A program made the position numbers and the translations under genes. The notes beneath the pieces were generated by a model. That model was not told the DNA's origin. It saw nothing but the letters and a program-made list of their open reading frames with translations, and did not search any database. A DNA stretch of 50,306 nucleotides. Origin: Thainema sp. GTDB lineage: Bacteria > Cyanobacteriota > Cyanobacteriia > Phormidesmidales > Phormidesmidaceae. Shown here piece by piece: positions 21,895-32,622 of this stretch. Each line of letters begins with the position of its first letter. Within the stretch, counting starts at the first letter, position 1. Location: NCBI GenBank assembly GCA_052168235.1, contig JBQLZK010000057.1, positions 1-50,306 on the forward strand, read 5' to 3'.

Positions 21895-22941
21895 TCACTC
21901 ACAGCCACCCAATCCAGCCAGTTCATAAAATCTCGCCTTCTGAATCAGTTCTGCAGCGACTTGTTCAGCCGCTTGTCCAGTGACATCCAGCGAATAAATT
22001 GGGCCGGGTCGCCGTTCGAGATCGTATCGATAGGTTTTGTCGTAGTAGTCCAGCACCAAATCAATTGCCGGGACTGGATCATTGGCTTCAATGCTTGCGA
22101 TCGCAGCTTGAGTTCGTTCTCCGCCCAGCCGTTTTTTAATTCGCTGAGTGGCAGCAATTAGCTCATGGGGATCAGCATCGCCATAGTCATCAATAAGAAG
22201 TTGAATACGTTCAGATCGCGATCGCACAATTTCTAAAACGGGAGCTGCCATCATTTGCCGAAACAGCTCATCCGGTACGCGACAAGTGCCAACTCGACGG
22301 CTTTCAGCTTCTATCCAAGTCGGTTTGGTGGCATCGCAGGCTGCCCAGTCGAGCGCAACTAAATTCTCAAAATGCTCGGTAGATGGCTGCGGCGGCATGC
22401 CCAAACTGCCATAGCTGCTGCCCCGGTTGTTGGCATTTCCTTCCAAATCGAGAATCTGTTCGCCCTGGGCTTCAAGTTCTTTGAGCACAGACGTTTTGCC
22501 TGTGCCGGTCATGCCGCCTAGGGTAATGATCGGTTTCGGCTCGGCCAACTGCTGCCGCACCCAGCGACGAAATGCTTTATAGCCACCCGTCAGTACCTGG
22601 ACTTGAAAACCTGCCATCTGTAAGAGGTAGGCCATGTTCTCGCTGCGCATGCCGCCGCGCCAACAGTGAACCCGCACCTGCCCATCGGCAGCCAGTTCCT
22701 TCGCTCGTCGCACAAAGCCAGCGGCCTTTGGCCCAGCAATTTCCAAGCCGAGTTCAACGGCTGCTTCATGCCCCACTTGTTTGTAGCAGGTGCCAATTTG
22801 TGCCCGTTCGTCGTTGTCGAACAAGGGAAAACTAACGGCACCCGGAATATGTCCCTGTTCGTACTCACCCGGACTCCGCACATCGAGCACAGTACCGTTT
22901 GCGGTCAAGAAATCATCAATTGCAGTCGTACGGAGAGACAT
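21895..22941 (-). CDS. mnmH: tRNA 2-selenouridine synthase
   Basis: Rhodanese domain DVRSPGEY..GHIPGA and CWRGGMRS, plus P-loop GMTGTGKT and EAESRRVG. Confidence 0.95.
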   Translation of the reverse strand: MSLRTTAIDDFLTANGTVLDVRSPGEYEQGHIPGAVSFPLFDNDERAQIGTCYKQVGHEAAVELGLEIAGPKAAGFVRRAKELAADGQVRVHCWRGGMRSENMAYLLQMAGFQVQVLTGGYKAFRRWVRQQLAEPKPIITLGGMTGTGKTSVLKELEAQGEQILDLEGNANNRGSSYGSLGMPPQPSTEHFENLVALDWAACDATKPTWIEAESRRVGTCRVPDELFRQMMAAPVLEIVRSRSERIQLLIDDYGDADPHELIAATQRIKKRLGGERTQAAIASIEANDPVPAIDLVLDYYDKTYRYDLERRPGPIYSLDVTGQAAEQVAAELIQKARFYELAGLGGCE

Positions 22942-22977
22942 GAAGGCAATGGGTAGAACGTTGTACTAGTAAGGGTG

Positions 22978-23015
22978 ACTTGATAAGGGGGACTTAATAA
23001 GGGGGACTTGATATG
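22978..23015. repeat. 14-bp tandem repeat
   Basis: GACTTGATAAGGGG / GACTTAATAAGGGG / GACTTGATA between selD and selU. Confidence 0.6.
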
Positions 23016-23038
23016 TCTTGATAAAAGTGTCGCGAGCT

Positions 23039-25456
23039 TTATACCGGACTTGTTCTTATCCTAATCGGCTGAGTTGGATCTTCGCAGGGAAAGACCCGGC
23101 CAATGATACAGCTTTCGGTGTAACCCAGTTGATGCAGTGCTGCTAGGCAATCCTGAGCTAGCGCCATCGGTACGGCAGCCAGTAAGCCCCCAGACGTTTG
23201 CGGGTCAAACAGCAGCGGAAAATCGGGATGCTGGCTCGCCTGTGCAGCCTCGGTAAGATAAACCATCGCCCGTTGATTTTGGGGCTGAAGCGAGCTGACA
23301 ATACCCTGCTGTACGGTTGCTCGTGCTCCATCGAGGATCGGCAGCATGTCCCACCAGAGTTCAACATTGACATCATATTGATCACGGGTACGCGCCCCGG
23401 CTTGATGTCCTGAATTTCTCGGTGTCCGTGTAGACCGCAGCATCTCCGCCAAATGGCCGAGTAGGCCAAAGCCTGTGATGTCCGTACAAACTTGCACCTG
23501 GTGCTGCTGGAAACACTGTGCCGCTTGTTGATTGGACTGGAGCATTGCTGCGATCGCAGTTTCGATCCACCGTCCCTTAGCCTGCAACTGCATATCCGCT
23601 GCAAACAGTGTCCCAATGCCAATCGCCTTGGTCAGAATCAGTGCCTGACCCGGCTGTAAGCCGCTTTTGCGCATAATTTGGTCAGGATAGATTAAACCAT
23701 TGCAGGTCAGGCCAAAGGCTAGTTCTGATCCCTCTGCCGTATGACCACCAATCAGCGAAGTTTTGGCAGCCTGGAGTACCCGGAACGCACCTGAAAGGAG
23801 CTGATAGAGCGTTTCGGCTTGTTTCGCTGGTTGAACGTCTGGCACAACTGCGATCGCAAGTACGCTATCAGGACTCGCACCCATCGCAAATAAATCGCTC
23901 AGACAGTGGTTAGTGGCAATTTGGCCAAATAGATAGGGATCGTTGACGATGGCGCGGAAATAATCCGTGGTTTGTACCAGCAGTTGATCCGCAGGTAAGT
24001 TGAGAATGGCCGCATCATCAGGGTGATCCAGGCCAACGACCACATGGGGAGCGGGTTCGGGAGTGGGCTGTTCCGCGTGGACGCGATCTAGGGCCTGCTG
24101 CAGAACGGAGCTGCCAACTTTGGCCCCACATCCGGCACAGCGCATGGCGGAAACTGCTGGGCTGCCCTCATCTCCTAGCCTCTTTTCCCCAAGGAGAAAG
24201 GGAGTCGGACTAGCAGATGGACGCGCCGATTCAGCATTCATGGTCGGTAGTTCACTGAATCGGCGCATAAACTTACGGTCAATGTAATCTTTCCAGTTCC
24301 AGAACCAGCGCGATCGCAAGGCAAACGGCCCCCGAGATGCGATCGCAGATCGATCGCCCGTGCCTAGCAGGATCAAAAATTGCTTCTGTGGCACAAAAGA
24401 CTGCAGCGATTGTCCCAACGCAAAGCGACGCAGGTTGTTCACTAACGGTTGCCCCTGGCGCACAGCAAATACGCCCGCTTTGGGGCGAGGATGATGAACC
24501 ATCGTGGCGACATCACCTGCCGCAAACACAAAGTCATGGGACTGGGACTGTAGCGTATCGTTTACTGCAATGAAACCCTGCTGATCGGTGGCTAACCCAG
24601 AGGCTTGAATCCAGGGCGGCGCGGAGGCAGTCGTCACCCAGAAAACGTGAGTGCAATCGACGGTTAAACCCGACTCGCAGCAAACACGCCCCGGCTGAAT
24701 TTCAGTCACCGTTTCCCCTAAGTGAAGATGAATATTGCGATCGCGCATCACGCCTTGAGTGAGCCGCTGCATGAGCCAGCCACGATCGGGCAGAATATTG
24801 GGTTGCCGCTGAAAGAGGTGGACTTGAATTAAATCGGGTGATTTTCCCGCCGCCTGTACGATACGCTGCAAGCAAGACTGTAGGTTCAACGCCAGTTCCA
24901 CGCCACCCGCTCCGCCGCCGACAATGCCAAACACACGCGGTTGATCCGGAGCTTGCTGCACGTGACGAAGAATTTTGTGCCATTCTTCCAATAATCGAGG
25001 TACAGGTTTCGCCGGAATGGCATACTCAGCGGCACCCGGTACAGTGGTCGCTGCGGGCGTACTGCCCGTGTCGATCGACAGGTAATCGAAAGCAACGGGC
25101 GGACGATTCCGACAGAGGACGCGACGGTTGGCTAAGTCCAACCCAACCGCTTCGTCAATATACAGCCGACAGCGGGCAAAGTTTGCCAAAGGCCGCAGGT
25201 CAATGTGCGCCTCGTCATAGTCATAAAACCCGGCGATGTAGCCGGGCAACATACCGGAATAGGGCGTGTCGACTAAATTGCTAATTAGCGTCAGCCGCAC
25301 AGCCGGAATGGGTTGCATACCTAGCATACGCAAGGCAATAGCATGACTATGACCACCGCCAATCAGGACGAGATCGGTGGTGGCGGTTTTGTCGATTGAG
25401 CGTGAACTGTTCTGCACAGAACGTTTATTGGGATGGGTTTTACTGCAATGCTTCAC
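23039..25456 (-). CDS. selD: Selenide,water dikinase with N-terminal FAD-dependent pyridine nucleotide-disulfide oxidoreductase domain
   Basis: N-terminal GGGHSH, YSGMLPG, GGGAGG and FAAGD; C-terminal CAGCGAK, DDAA, QTTDYF, GGHT, DITGFGLLGH and DPQTSGGLL. Confidence 0.95.
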   Translation of the reverse strand: MKHCSKTHPNKRSVQNSSRSIDKTATTDLVLIGGGHSHAIALRMLGMQPIPAVRLTLISNLVDTPYSGMLPGYIAGFYDYDEAHIDLRPLANFARCRLYIDEAVGLDLANRRVLCRNRPPVAFDYLSIDTGSTPAATTVPGAAEYAIPAKPVPRLLEEWHKILRHVQQAPDQPRVFGIVGGGAGGVELALNLQSCLQRIVQAAGKSPDLIQVHLFQRQPNILPDRGWLMQRLTQGVMRDRNIHLHLGETVTEIQPGRVCCESGLTVDCTHVFWVTTASAPPWIQASGLATDQQGFIAVNDTLQSQSHDFVFAAGDVATMVHHPRPKAGVFAVRQGQPLVNNLRRFALGQSLQSFVPQKQFLILLGTGDRSAIASRGPFALRSRWFWNWKDYIDRKFMRRFSELPTMNAESARPSASPTPFLLGEKRLGDEGSPAVSAMRCAGCGAKVGSSVLQQALDRVHAEQPTPEPAPHVVVGLDHPDDAAILNLPADQLLVQTTDYFRAIVNDPYLFGQIATNHCLSDLFAMGASPDSVLAIAVVPDVQPAKQAETLYQLLSGAFRVLQAAKTSLIGGHTAEGSELAFGLTCNGLIYPDQIMRKSGLQPGQALILTKAIGIGTLFAADMQLQAKGRWIETAIAAMLQSNQQAAQCFQQHQVQVCTDITGFGLLGHLAEMLRSTRTPRNSGHQAGARTRDQYDVNVELWWDMLPILDGARATVQQGIVSSLQPQNQRAMVYLTEAAQASQHPDFPLLFDPQTSGGLLAAVPMALAQDCLAALHQLGYTESCIIGRVFPCEDPTQPIRIRTSPV

Positions 25457-25503
25457 CCATCTTACTGAGAGAACCCCAAGAAAAATTGGACTCGCTCACA
25501 GAA

Positions 25504-27699
25504 TTATGCCTGATCACGCTGATCCTGTACTTTCTCTAAACTTTCATGATGTGGCTCGATATAACTCTGGGGAATCGTAATCGTAAATGTCGTCCCCCGA
25601 TTGGGCGATGATTCACAGGTCAATGTGCCGCCATGCTTGCCGACTATGATTTCATAGCTGATCGACAACCCTAGCCCAGTCCCTTTACCGACGGGTTTAG
25701 TGGTGAAGAACGGATCAAAAATACGTGGTTTCACGTCTTCTGATATGCCTCTGCCGTTATCGGTGATGTGAATCGCAACGTGATGTTCTCCAACTCGTTC
25801 TGTGCGGATCTCAATTGTGCCTGACTGATCCTCAATCCCTTCGAGGGAATCAATGGCGTTACTCAAAAGATTCATAAAGACTTGATTGAGCTGACCTGCC
25901 ATACACTCGACGAGAGGCAAATCGCCGTATGCCTTCACAATCTGAATAATTTGGTTCTCTGAGGACTGCTTGAGCCGATGATGCAGAATCATCAGGGTGC
26001 TATCAATGCCCTCATGAATATCGACGACTTTCACTTCCGCTTCATCCAGCCGCGAAAAATTACGCAGCGACTGAATGATTTCGCGAATTCGCATTGTCCC
26101 CGCTTCCATCGAATGCAAAATTTTGGGCAAGTCCTGGGAGACAAAATCTAAATCTAGCGAATGGCATCTCTCGACAATATCTGCGTCAGCATTCGGGAAG
26201 TGGTGCTGATAGAGCGAGAGCAACTCAAGCATGTCAGTGGCATATCCCTTCAGATGCGCTAGATTTCCGTGAATGAAATTAATTGGATTGTTAATTTCAT
26301 GCGCCACACCTGCCACTAACTGGCCTAGACTCGACATTTTTTCGGTGTGGATGAGCTGGGTCTGAGCCTTTTGCAGTTTCTCTAGGGCGTTTTGCAGATC
26401 GGCAGTACGAACTTTAACCTGGGTTTCTAATGTGTTGTTAAGAGCCGTTACGTGCTGATAGAGCAGGTGCTGTTCAATTGCGATCGCAAACTGGGCACCC
26501 AGCGTCATGGCCATCTCAATCTCCGCCTGCGTCCACGCACAAACCTGTCCCAGCTTCGTTTGCCGCCAGATTTCAAACGACTGGCGAGGGAACGCCTGCC
26601 GCACATCCGGATCAAACTCGCCAGCCCAGAGCGTTTCCGTTTCCCGTTCAGTCCGAAATACACTCAGATACGCCACCACCCGTTCACGGGCAACCAACGG
26701 CACAATCAGCCAACTGCGCAGTCCCGCCTGTTGAAACGACAGTTGGAGATTGCGCAGGTCGCTAACGGCAAACACGTCGTCCACGGCCCAAGGTACATAG
26801 TCGGTCGCCTGGAGATGAGACTGCACGCCATACAGTGATTCCACAGCTCGCTTCTGCCCTAGCTCATGCTCGACAGGTTGTGTTCCGCAGACATGGACAG
26901 TGCCAGTTATAGGCTGATGATTGTCCTCGGCCCCGCTTGGCGGATCGAGAATCAACAAGCGACCGCCCACGCCTTGCAGCGCCTCAACTGTCGCTTCGAG
27001 CGCTAACTCCAATTGAACCGTGGGAAATCCGTGCAGCAGAGACGTAATGCGGCTGATGGTTGCTTCGCGCTGCCCTTTTTCCTCTGCTTTAGCCAACAAA
27101 TCGGCTTGTGCGATCGCAGTTGATAGCTGTCCCACGATGAGCTGCACCGCCTCCAACTGCTCGATGGGCAGTTCGCGTGGTGAGGAGTGATGGGCAACTA
27201 ACAAACCCCAGAGATGATCACCGTGGAAAATGGGCGAGGTGACGCTAGATTTCACGCCCATTGTGGTCAAATATTCAGCGTGGCAGGGGTCGAGCGGACG
27301 ATAAATCCAGTCTTCAGCCAATTGTTCCCCCGTCTCTGGATCACGGAGCCGACTTTGCCCAATCACCCCCGACTCAACGTCTACAATGTTGCGAATGCGG
27401 GCGTCTATAAATAGCTGTCTGGCCACTTGTGGAATATCATCTGCTGGAAAACTCAATCCGCTTAAAGAAGGCAGTACGTTGTCTACAGAACGATACTCAG
27501 CAATCACATAACCACTTTGATCAGGATAAAACTGATAAATCATCACCCGATCAACATCCAAAAACTGCTGAATTTCTTTCGCTGTGGTATCAAGAATCAC
27601 CTGTAAATCCAAAGACTGACGGATGCGATATACAACACGGCGCAGCAAAATTTCGTGGTCAACACATTCCGCCTGTTTTGGCAAAGAGGGAAGAGGCAT
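25504..27699 (-). CDS. Knotless (PAS-less, Cph2/All2699-like) phytochrome histidine kinase, GAF-PHY-HisKA-HATPase
   Basis: GAF with DIP (DDIPQVAR) and the bilin-binding CH (DPCHAEYL); tongue motifs WAG and PRQSF; H-box AHEINNP; N/G boxes. Confidence 0.9.
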   Translation of the reverse strand: MPLPSLPKQAECVDHEILLRRVVYRIRQSLDLQVILDTTAKEIQQFLDVDRVMIYQFYPDQSGYVIAEYRSVDNVLPSLSGLSFPADDIPQVARQLFIDARIRNIVDVESGVIGQSRLRDPETGEQLAEDWIYRPLDPCHAEYLTTMGVKSSVTSPIFHGDHLWGLLVAHHSSPRELPIEQLEAVQLIVGQLSTAIAQADLLAKAEEKGQREATISRITSLLHGFPTVQLELALEATVEALQGVGGRLLILDPPSGAEDNHQPITGTVHVCGTQPVEHELGQKRAVESLYGVQSHLQATDYVPWAVDDVFAVSDLRNLQLSFQQAGLRSWLIVPLVARERVVAYLSVFRTERETETLWAGEFDPDVRQAFPRQSFEIWRQTKLGQVCAWTQAEIEMAMTLGAQFAIAIEQHLLYQHVTALNNTLETQVKVRTADLQNALEKLQKAQTQLIHTEKMSSLGQLVAGVAHEINNPINFIHGNLAHLKGYATDMLELLSLYQHHFPNADADIVERCHSLDLDFVSQDLPKILHSMEAGTMRIREIIQSLRNFSRLDEAEVKVVDIHEGIDSTLMILHHRLKQSSENQIIQIVKAYGDLPLVECMAGQLNQVFMNLLSNAIDSLEGIEDQSGTIEIRTERVGEHHVAIHITDNGRGISEDVKPRIFDPFFTTKPVGKGTGLGLSISYEIIVGKHGGTLTCESSPNRGTTFTITIPQSYIEPHHESLEKVQDQRDQA

Positions 27700-27922
27700 A
27701 GTGATAGTAACGTCTAACCGAGTAATTAAATTTTGGGAACGAGATGACCCTATGAGCTTAAGGATTCCCTAAAAATCGGCAGATTCTACATTGATTCAGG
27801 AGTTAAGTCAGTTAATTGCACTAAATCACAATTATCAGCCAATTGCATGCCATCTACAATCAAAACAACCAATCAGCTCAAGAAATCAGCATTGGCATTT
27901 GGAATCAGCGTTGGCATTCGTG

Positions 27923-27960
27923 AAGCAACTTTTTGTAAAGCAACTTTTTGTAAAGCAACT
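27923..27960. repeat. 15-bp tandem repeat
   Basis: AAGCAACTTTTTGTA twice plus AAGCAACT. Confidence 0.75.
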
Positions 27961-27999
27961 CTAGAAAAGCCCCCACCCCTAACCTCAGGAGACTCTACG

Positions 28000-29169
28000 A
28001 TGACAAGTACGCTCTTAAGTCCTGCGCCGACAGCAGCAGAAATTGAGGCCACCAAGCAGGCGATTGAGGCTCATATTCGCCAAATTACCGCCCATCCCGA
28101 CCGTCGCGATGGCGCTTACCCCTATTACCTGTTTCATGAACCTGATCAGCCGATTCGCGGTATGGTCATGATGTTTCACGGGTTTAGTGCTAAACCCCAT
28201 CAGATGTGGCGCTTAGCAGATTATTTATTTCAAAATGGCTTCAATATTTATCAGTGCAATATTGCAGGGCATGCCCTAGTTAATCCAGCCGTAAACTGGC
28301 CACAGGTGGATCTCAAACCCGAATATGCTGAGCCGCTAAAAGCTAAGATCCAGCAAGATCCAGTTTTGATGCAAACGTTGCAGAACTACCAAGCAGAGGG
28401 CAAACAACCCAATGCGATGCAGCAGGCAGCACTGCTGGCCCGATTGATGATGATTGAGCCAAAGCTGCTCGATATTAAAACAGCGATTGAACGAGATGGG
28501 GATCCACGCTTCAATGACTACTTCATTTCGTCCGATATGGATTACTTAAACGATGCCCGCGATCGCATCCGCGAACTTGACGCGATGCCAGGAGATATTT
28601 ATACCCTCGGTTTATCAGTTGGCGGAGCCGTTGCCTTAGGTCTCGCCGCCGATCAGCCAGAACGAGTTAAAAAAGTTGTCGCCTATGCACCACTGCTGGA
28701 CATTTATGGCGCAGAGCGCAAGCTCTATGTTGAGTTAACGGGGCCTCTGGATATTAAAGAAATGGGTTGGGATCCCGATCTTCAGTTTCCCGTTGGCTGC
28801 CTGACTGCAGCCGATCGCTTCGGCGGCAGCTATGTACGCAGTGATGCCTCTATTCGTCAGCTGCGCGATATTCCAACCCTCATGGTACTGACCGAAAATG
28901 AAGATGCGGCGGATATCAAGACTAATCAGCGATTCTTTGAACAAATTGGCGGTGAACGGCAGGGGCATTGGCAGTATCTTTATCTGACACAAGACATGGT
29001 GCCCCATCCGATGGTTGACCCACAGGAGGTCAGCCAAAATATGAGCAATCGGTTCTGGCAGAGTCTTTACCAGGAAACATTCCGCTTTTTAACAACGGGT
29101 AACGTGCAGCAAGAAAACTTTTCTCGGCTAGAGCAAGCGTCAGATGCACCGACTGTTGCGGACATCTAG
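28000..29169 (+). CDS. Alpha/beta hydrolase
   Basis: FHGFS oxyanion motif and GLSVGG nucleophile; AGGAG RBS before ATG 28000. Confidence 0.85.
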   Translation: MTSTLLSPAPTAAEIEATKQAIEAHIRQITAHPDRRDGAYPYYLFHEPDQPIRGMVMMFHGFSAKPHQMWRLADYLFQNGFNIYQCNIAGHALVNPAVNWPQVDLKPEYAEPLKAKIQQDPVLMQTLQNYQAEGKQPNAMQQAALLARLMMIEPKLLDIKTAIERDGDPRFNDYFISSDMDYLNDARDRIRELDAMPGDIYTLGLSVGGAVALGLAADQPERVKKVVAYAPLLDIYGAERKLYVELTGPLDIKEMGWDPDLQFPVGCLTAADRFGGSYVRSDASIRQLRDIPTLMVLTENEDAADIKTNQRFFEQIGGERQGHWQYLYLTQDMVPHPMVDPQEVSQNMSNRFWQSLYQETFRFLTTGNVQQENFSRLEQASDAPTVADI

Positions 29170-29298
29170 AGCTAAACCAGGGATGTCATCACCACTTTTA
29201 GTGGCTTTACGTTGAGAAAATTTAAATGCGGGGTGTCACCCCTCACCTTGTTTATGCAATAATGTGATAAGTAGATGCACCCTGATGGTAGGGGGAGC

Positions 29299-29325
29299 CA
29301 GTTTTGGCTTCCCCCTTTTCTCTTT
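29299..29325 (+). terminator. Intrinsic terminator
   Basis: GGGGGAGCC-AGTTTT-GGCTTCCCCC followed by TTTT. Confidence 0.7.
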
Positions 29326-29427
29326 TGGCTATCTTTTACCACTCTAGCCATAGCCACATGGCTCGCGGTTGATAGTGAGCATCCTGCTTTTGGAACGAGA
29401 GCGGTTTGAAAGATGTCCCCTATTGAA

Positions 29428-29649
29428 CTAATCAGGTTGGCTGTTCATCCGATAGTCGGCATCACTCCAACAGCGGGGCAGAGCTTCTCCTGATGGAAAA
29501 ATGAGTCCCGATTTTTGAAATGATTGGGGTAATTGCTCAGCTTGTCCACCCTGAATCTGACCCGTTATGGAATCTTGAACTGGATTCACAAGCTGTTCTA
29601 CCTCATCAACTTTGACCAGTTCACCAGACTGTTTTTCTTTGAGCAGCAT
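29428..29649 (-). CDS. Small conserved cyanobacterial protein (often labelled 'acetyltransferase')
   Basis: MLLKEKQSG.LV...Q.GQ.EQ.P..F.K..L.FPSGE.LPRCW.DADYR. Confidence 0.8.
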   Translation of the reverse strand: MLLKEKQSGELVKVDEVEQLVNPVQDSITGQIQGGQAEQLPQSFQKSGLIFPSGEALPRCWSDADYRMNSQPD

Positions 29650-29783
29650 AATTTATCGTATTGTATTCGACAGCTTAATCATAGAAAAGCGATCCAGTGA
29701 CATCACTCATCCAGAGGAAGCACTCAACTGGAATAAGGCTCTATCGAATAGATGAAAGTTTTAGAGTTGAAGCTGCTTATCTG

Positions 29784-29859
29784 CTTAGGACTGCGAATTA
29801 AATAGCCTGTAAACCGTTCCATCCGTAGGGACACGGCAATGCCGTATCCCTACCCCAAA
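29784..29859 (+). repeat. REP-containing element, copy 1
   Basis: Near-identical to 31192-31268; contains GTAGGGACACGGCAATGCCGTATCCCTAC. Confidence 0.8.
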
Positions 29860-29959
29860 TAAATAATCTCCGATAGGATAGATGCCAAACGTTGGCGCGT
29901 TGCATAAGGTTATGGGCAAAAGCTAGCAATAGCTAACGTCGCAACTTGTCTCTATACCC

Positions 29960-31189
29960 ATGCAGCATCCCACGTTTGACATCACAGAAGTCTGGGAAGA
30001 TTTGGCTTGGCCGCAAGATACCAAGATTATTTATTTGATTCTGGATGGACTCGGCGGGTTACCGGACGCAGATCGGGGTGGTACAGAGCTGCAGGTGGCG
30101 AATACGCCTAATCTGGATCAGCTTGCAGAACAATCAAGCTGCGGCCTACTGGAAATTGTTGGCCCAGGAATTACTCCCGGCAGTGGGCCAGGACATTTGG
30201 CGCTGTTTGGCTACGATCCGCTCAAGTATCGGGTCGGTCGCGGTGTTCTGTCCGCTCTGGGCATTGACTTTGACCTGCGGCCTGGTGACGTAGCGGCCCG
30301 GATGAACTTCGCTACGATTGACCAAACGGGCAACGTCACCGATCGTAGAGCCGGACGAATTGAAACCGACTTGAACCAGCGGCTCTGTCAGAAAATCCGC
30401 GATCGCATTTCTCTCGATTTTGACGGCGAATTTTTTGTCGAAACCGTTAGTGAACACCGAGCCGTTCTAGTCCTGCGCGGTGAGGGACTGGGCGATGAAC
30501 TGAATGACACCGATCCGCAGTCAACTGGCGTACCGCCGCGCACTCCAGTAGCAGAAACGGATCGGGCACAAAAAACGGTCAACTTAGTCGAGTCATTTTT
30601 GCAGCAGGTGAAAGACGTGCTAGCCGATGAGCAGCCTGCCAATATGCTACTGATGCGGGGTTTTGAGCGCTATCAGCCGCTACCGTCTCTATCGGATCGG
30701 TTTGGCCTCAAAGGCGTTTGTATTGCCGACTATCCCATGTATCGCGGTGTCAGTCGGCTAATCGGCATGGACGTGGTGCCGCGTCCCGGTGGCATGGAAC
30801 AGCGCTTTGCCACGCTGAAAAAGATTTATGGCCAAGACCACGACTTTTACTTTATCCACGTCAAAAAAACAGACAGCGAAGGTGAAGACGCTGATTTTCC
30901 CGGCAAGGTCGAGGTCTTGGAACATGTGGATCGGCTCCTGCCCGAAATCCTGGACTTGCAGCCTGATGTCCTGGTCGTCGCGGCTGACCACTCAACACCC
31001 GCTACCTTGGGCGGCCACAGCTGGCATCCCGTACCGTTTTTGATTCACTCTAATTCTGTGCGGCTCGACGCCGTTGAGACGTTTGATGAATACGCCTGCA
31101 ATCAAGGTGCGTTGGGACTACGCCCCGGTCTGCACCTGATGGGGTTAGCGCTGGCTAATGCAAGGCGTTTACGCAAATTTGGCGCTTAG
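29960..31189 (+). CDS. apgM: 2,3-bisphosphoglycerate-independent phosphoglycerate mutase, archaeal/ApgM type
   Basis: LDGLGG, TPNLD, PGSGPGHLALFGYDP, DRRAGRI, HVKKTD and ADHSTP. Confidence 0.9.
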   Translation: MQHPTFDITEVWEDLAWPQDTKIIYLILDGLGGLPDADRGGTELQVANTPNLDQLAEQSSCGLLEIVGPGITPGSGPGHLALFGYDPLKYRVGRGVLSALGIDFDLRPGDVAARMNFATIDQTGNVTDRRAGRIETDLNQRLCQKIRDRISLDFDGEFFVETVSEHRAVLVLRGEGLGDELNDTDPQSTGVPPRTPVAETDRAQKTVNLVESFLQQVKDVLADEQPANMLLMRGFERYQPLPSLSDRFGLKGVCIADYPMYRGVSRLIGMDVVPRPGGMEQRFATLKKIYGQDHDFYFIHVKKTDSEGEDADFPGKVEVLEHVDRLLPEILDLQPDVLVVAADHSTPATLGGHSWHPVPFLIHSNSVRLDAVETFDEYACNQGALGLRPGLHLMGLALANARRLRKFGA

Positions 31190-31191
31190 AA

Positions 31192-31296
31192 CTTAGAACT
31201 ATGGATTAAATAGCCTGCAAACCGTTCCATTTGTAGGGACACGGCAATGCCGTGTCCCTACCCCAAAATTGCACCTTATTAAATCCGAGTTCCTTA
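31192..31296 (+). repeat. REP-containing element, copy 2 (with imperfect terminal inverted repeats)
   Basis: TAGAACTATGGATTAAATA...TATTAAATCCGAGTTCCTTA around GTAGGGACACGGCAATGCCGTGTCCCTAC. Confidence 0.75.
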
Positions 31297-31345
31297 GCCT
31301 GCATTATCCTTTACAGCCTCTACAGCCCTTCTTACCTCTCACTCC

Positions 31346-32527
31346 TCATTCCTCACTCTCCCTCCTCAACACCGTTTGAATAATCTGATAAAACAACTGC
31401 ACCCCTGGCTGGATCAGCGCATCGGGGAAATCATAGTCGGGATTGTGGAGTTGGGGCTGCTGTTCGCCGGAGCCGAGGCCGAACAAGGCACCTGGATAGC
31501 GCTGCGTGAAGTGTCCAAAGTCCTCTGACCAGCGAAATGGGGTTTCGGCTTCAATCCAGTCAGCTTGGCAAGTTGCGATCGCAGTTTTCAAAATCTCCAC
31601 GGCTGCTGGATCATTTTCCGTGGCGGGAAAGGACTCCACCCATTCCAAACTAACCTCTAGCTGATCGGCAGCGGCAAGTGCAATCGCGGATTGCTCAACA
31701 ACGGCTTTGAGCGTGGCCATGTCGTCATTGCGGTAGCTACGCAGGGTGGCCATCACCTCCGCTTGGCCGGGAGCAGTGCCAAAGGCAATTTCGCCAAGTC
31801 GGGCATGAACCACTGTCGTCAGCACAAAATCGGCCAAGTCCGCCTGTAACTGCTGGGGCAGAGCTGTAATCACTTGCACCAGTTGCGCCATTGCTAGCGC
31901 TGGGCTGCGGCCATGCTCCGGATAGGCGGCGTGGGAAGTTTTGCCCTGAAATCGGACAATGACACCCGTTGAGGCGGCGGCAAAGCTGCCAGAGCGAATC
32001 ACCACTTGTCCCAAGGGATAGCGCGGTAAATTATGCAGCGCAAACACATAATCGGGCTGTAAGGCTTGGAACACTGGGCTGGCCACGACCTGAGCGGCTC
32101 CTTCGCCGGTTTCTTCAGCAGGCTGAAAGAGGAGTACAACACTGCCGCGCCCAATTGGCTGTTGGTGAAGCAGTGCCGCCAAGCCCGCCACAATTGCCAT
32201 GTGGCCATCGTGTCCACAGGCATGGGCCGTATGAGGAACATGAGAACAATGTGCGATCGCGCTCGTTTCCTGAATTGGCAGGGCATCCATATCGGCCCGA
32301 ATCAGCACGGTTGGCCCAGATTGCTGTCCGCGATAGATGACGGCACATCCGTTGCCACCCAGATTAGGAACGACTTCATCGGGATGATACGCATTGATAA
32401 AATCCAGCACGCGCTGAGCTGTCTGCTGCTCTTGTCCTGACAGTTCAGGATGCTGATGAATCTGCTGACGAAACTGAATCAGCTGGTCAAGCAAGCAATC
32501 ACTGAGCAAATCTTGCTGAAGCAGCAT
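31346..32527 (-). CDS. M20D family amidohydrolase
   Basis: HPELSGQE, RADMDALP, HACGHDGH, FQPAEE, SEDF and LHNPDYDF. Confidence 0.93.
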   Translation of the reverse strand: MLLQQDLLSDCLLDQLIQFRQQIHQHPELSGQEQQTAQRVLDFINAYHPDEVVPNLGGNGCAVIYRGQQSGPTVLIRADMDALPIQETSAIAHCSHVPHTAHACGHDGHMAIVAGLAALLHQQPIGRGSVVLLFQPAEETGEGAAQVVASPVFQALQPDYVFALHNLPRYPLGQVVIRSGSFAAASTGVIVRFQGKTSHAAYPEHGRSPALAMAQLVQVITALPQQLQADLADFVLTTVVHARLGEIAFGTAPGQAEVMATLRSYRNDDMATLKAVVEQSAIALAAADQLEVSLEWVESFPATENDPAAVEILKTAIATCQADWIEAETPFRWSEDFGHFTQRYPGALFGLGSGEQQPQLHNPDYDFPDALIQPGVQLFYQIIQTVLRRESEE

Positions 32528-32622
32528 AAGCCTATTAACCTAAAAAACAACTTGTCGCATTTTGGCTAGTCGCATTCCGGTAGCCATGTCTGCGGTGTCA
32601 ACGCGACCACACAGCAGACACA

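Noticed and set aside
27847..27999. N-terminal extension of the hydrolase (ATFCK repeats)
   Set aside because: Produced by a 15-bp tandem repeat; the RBS supports ATG 28000.
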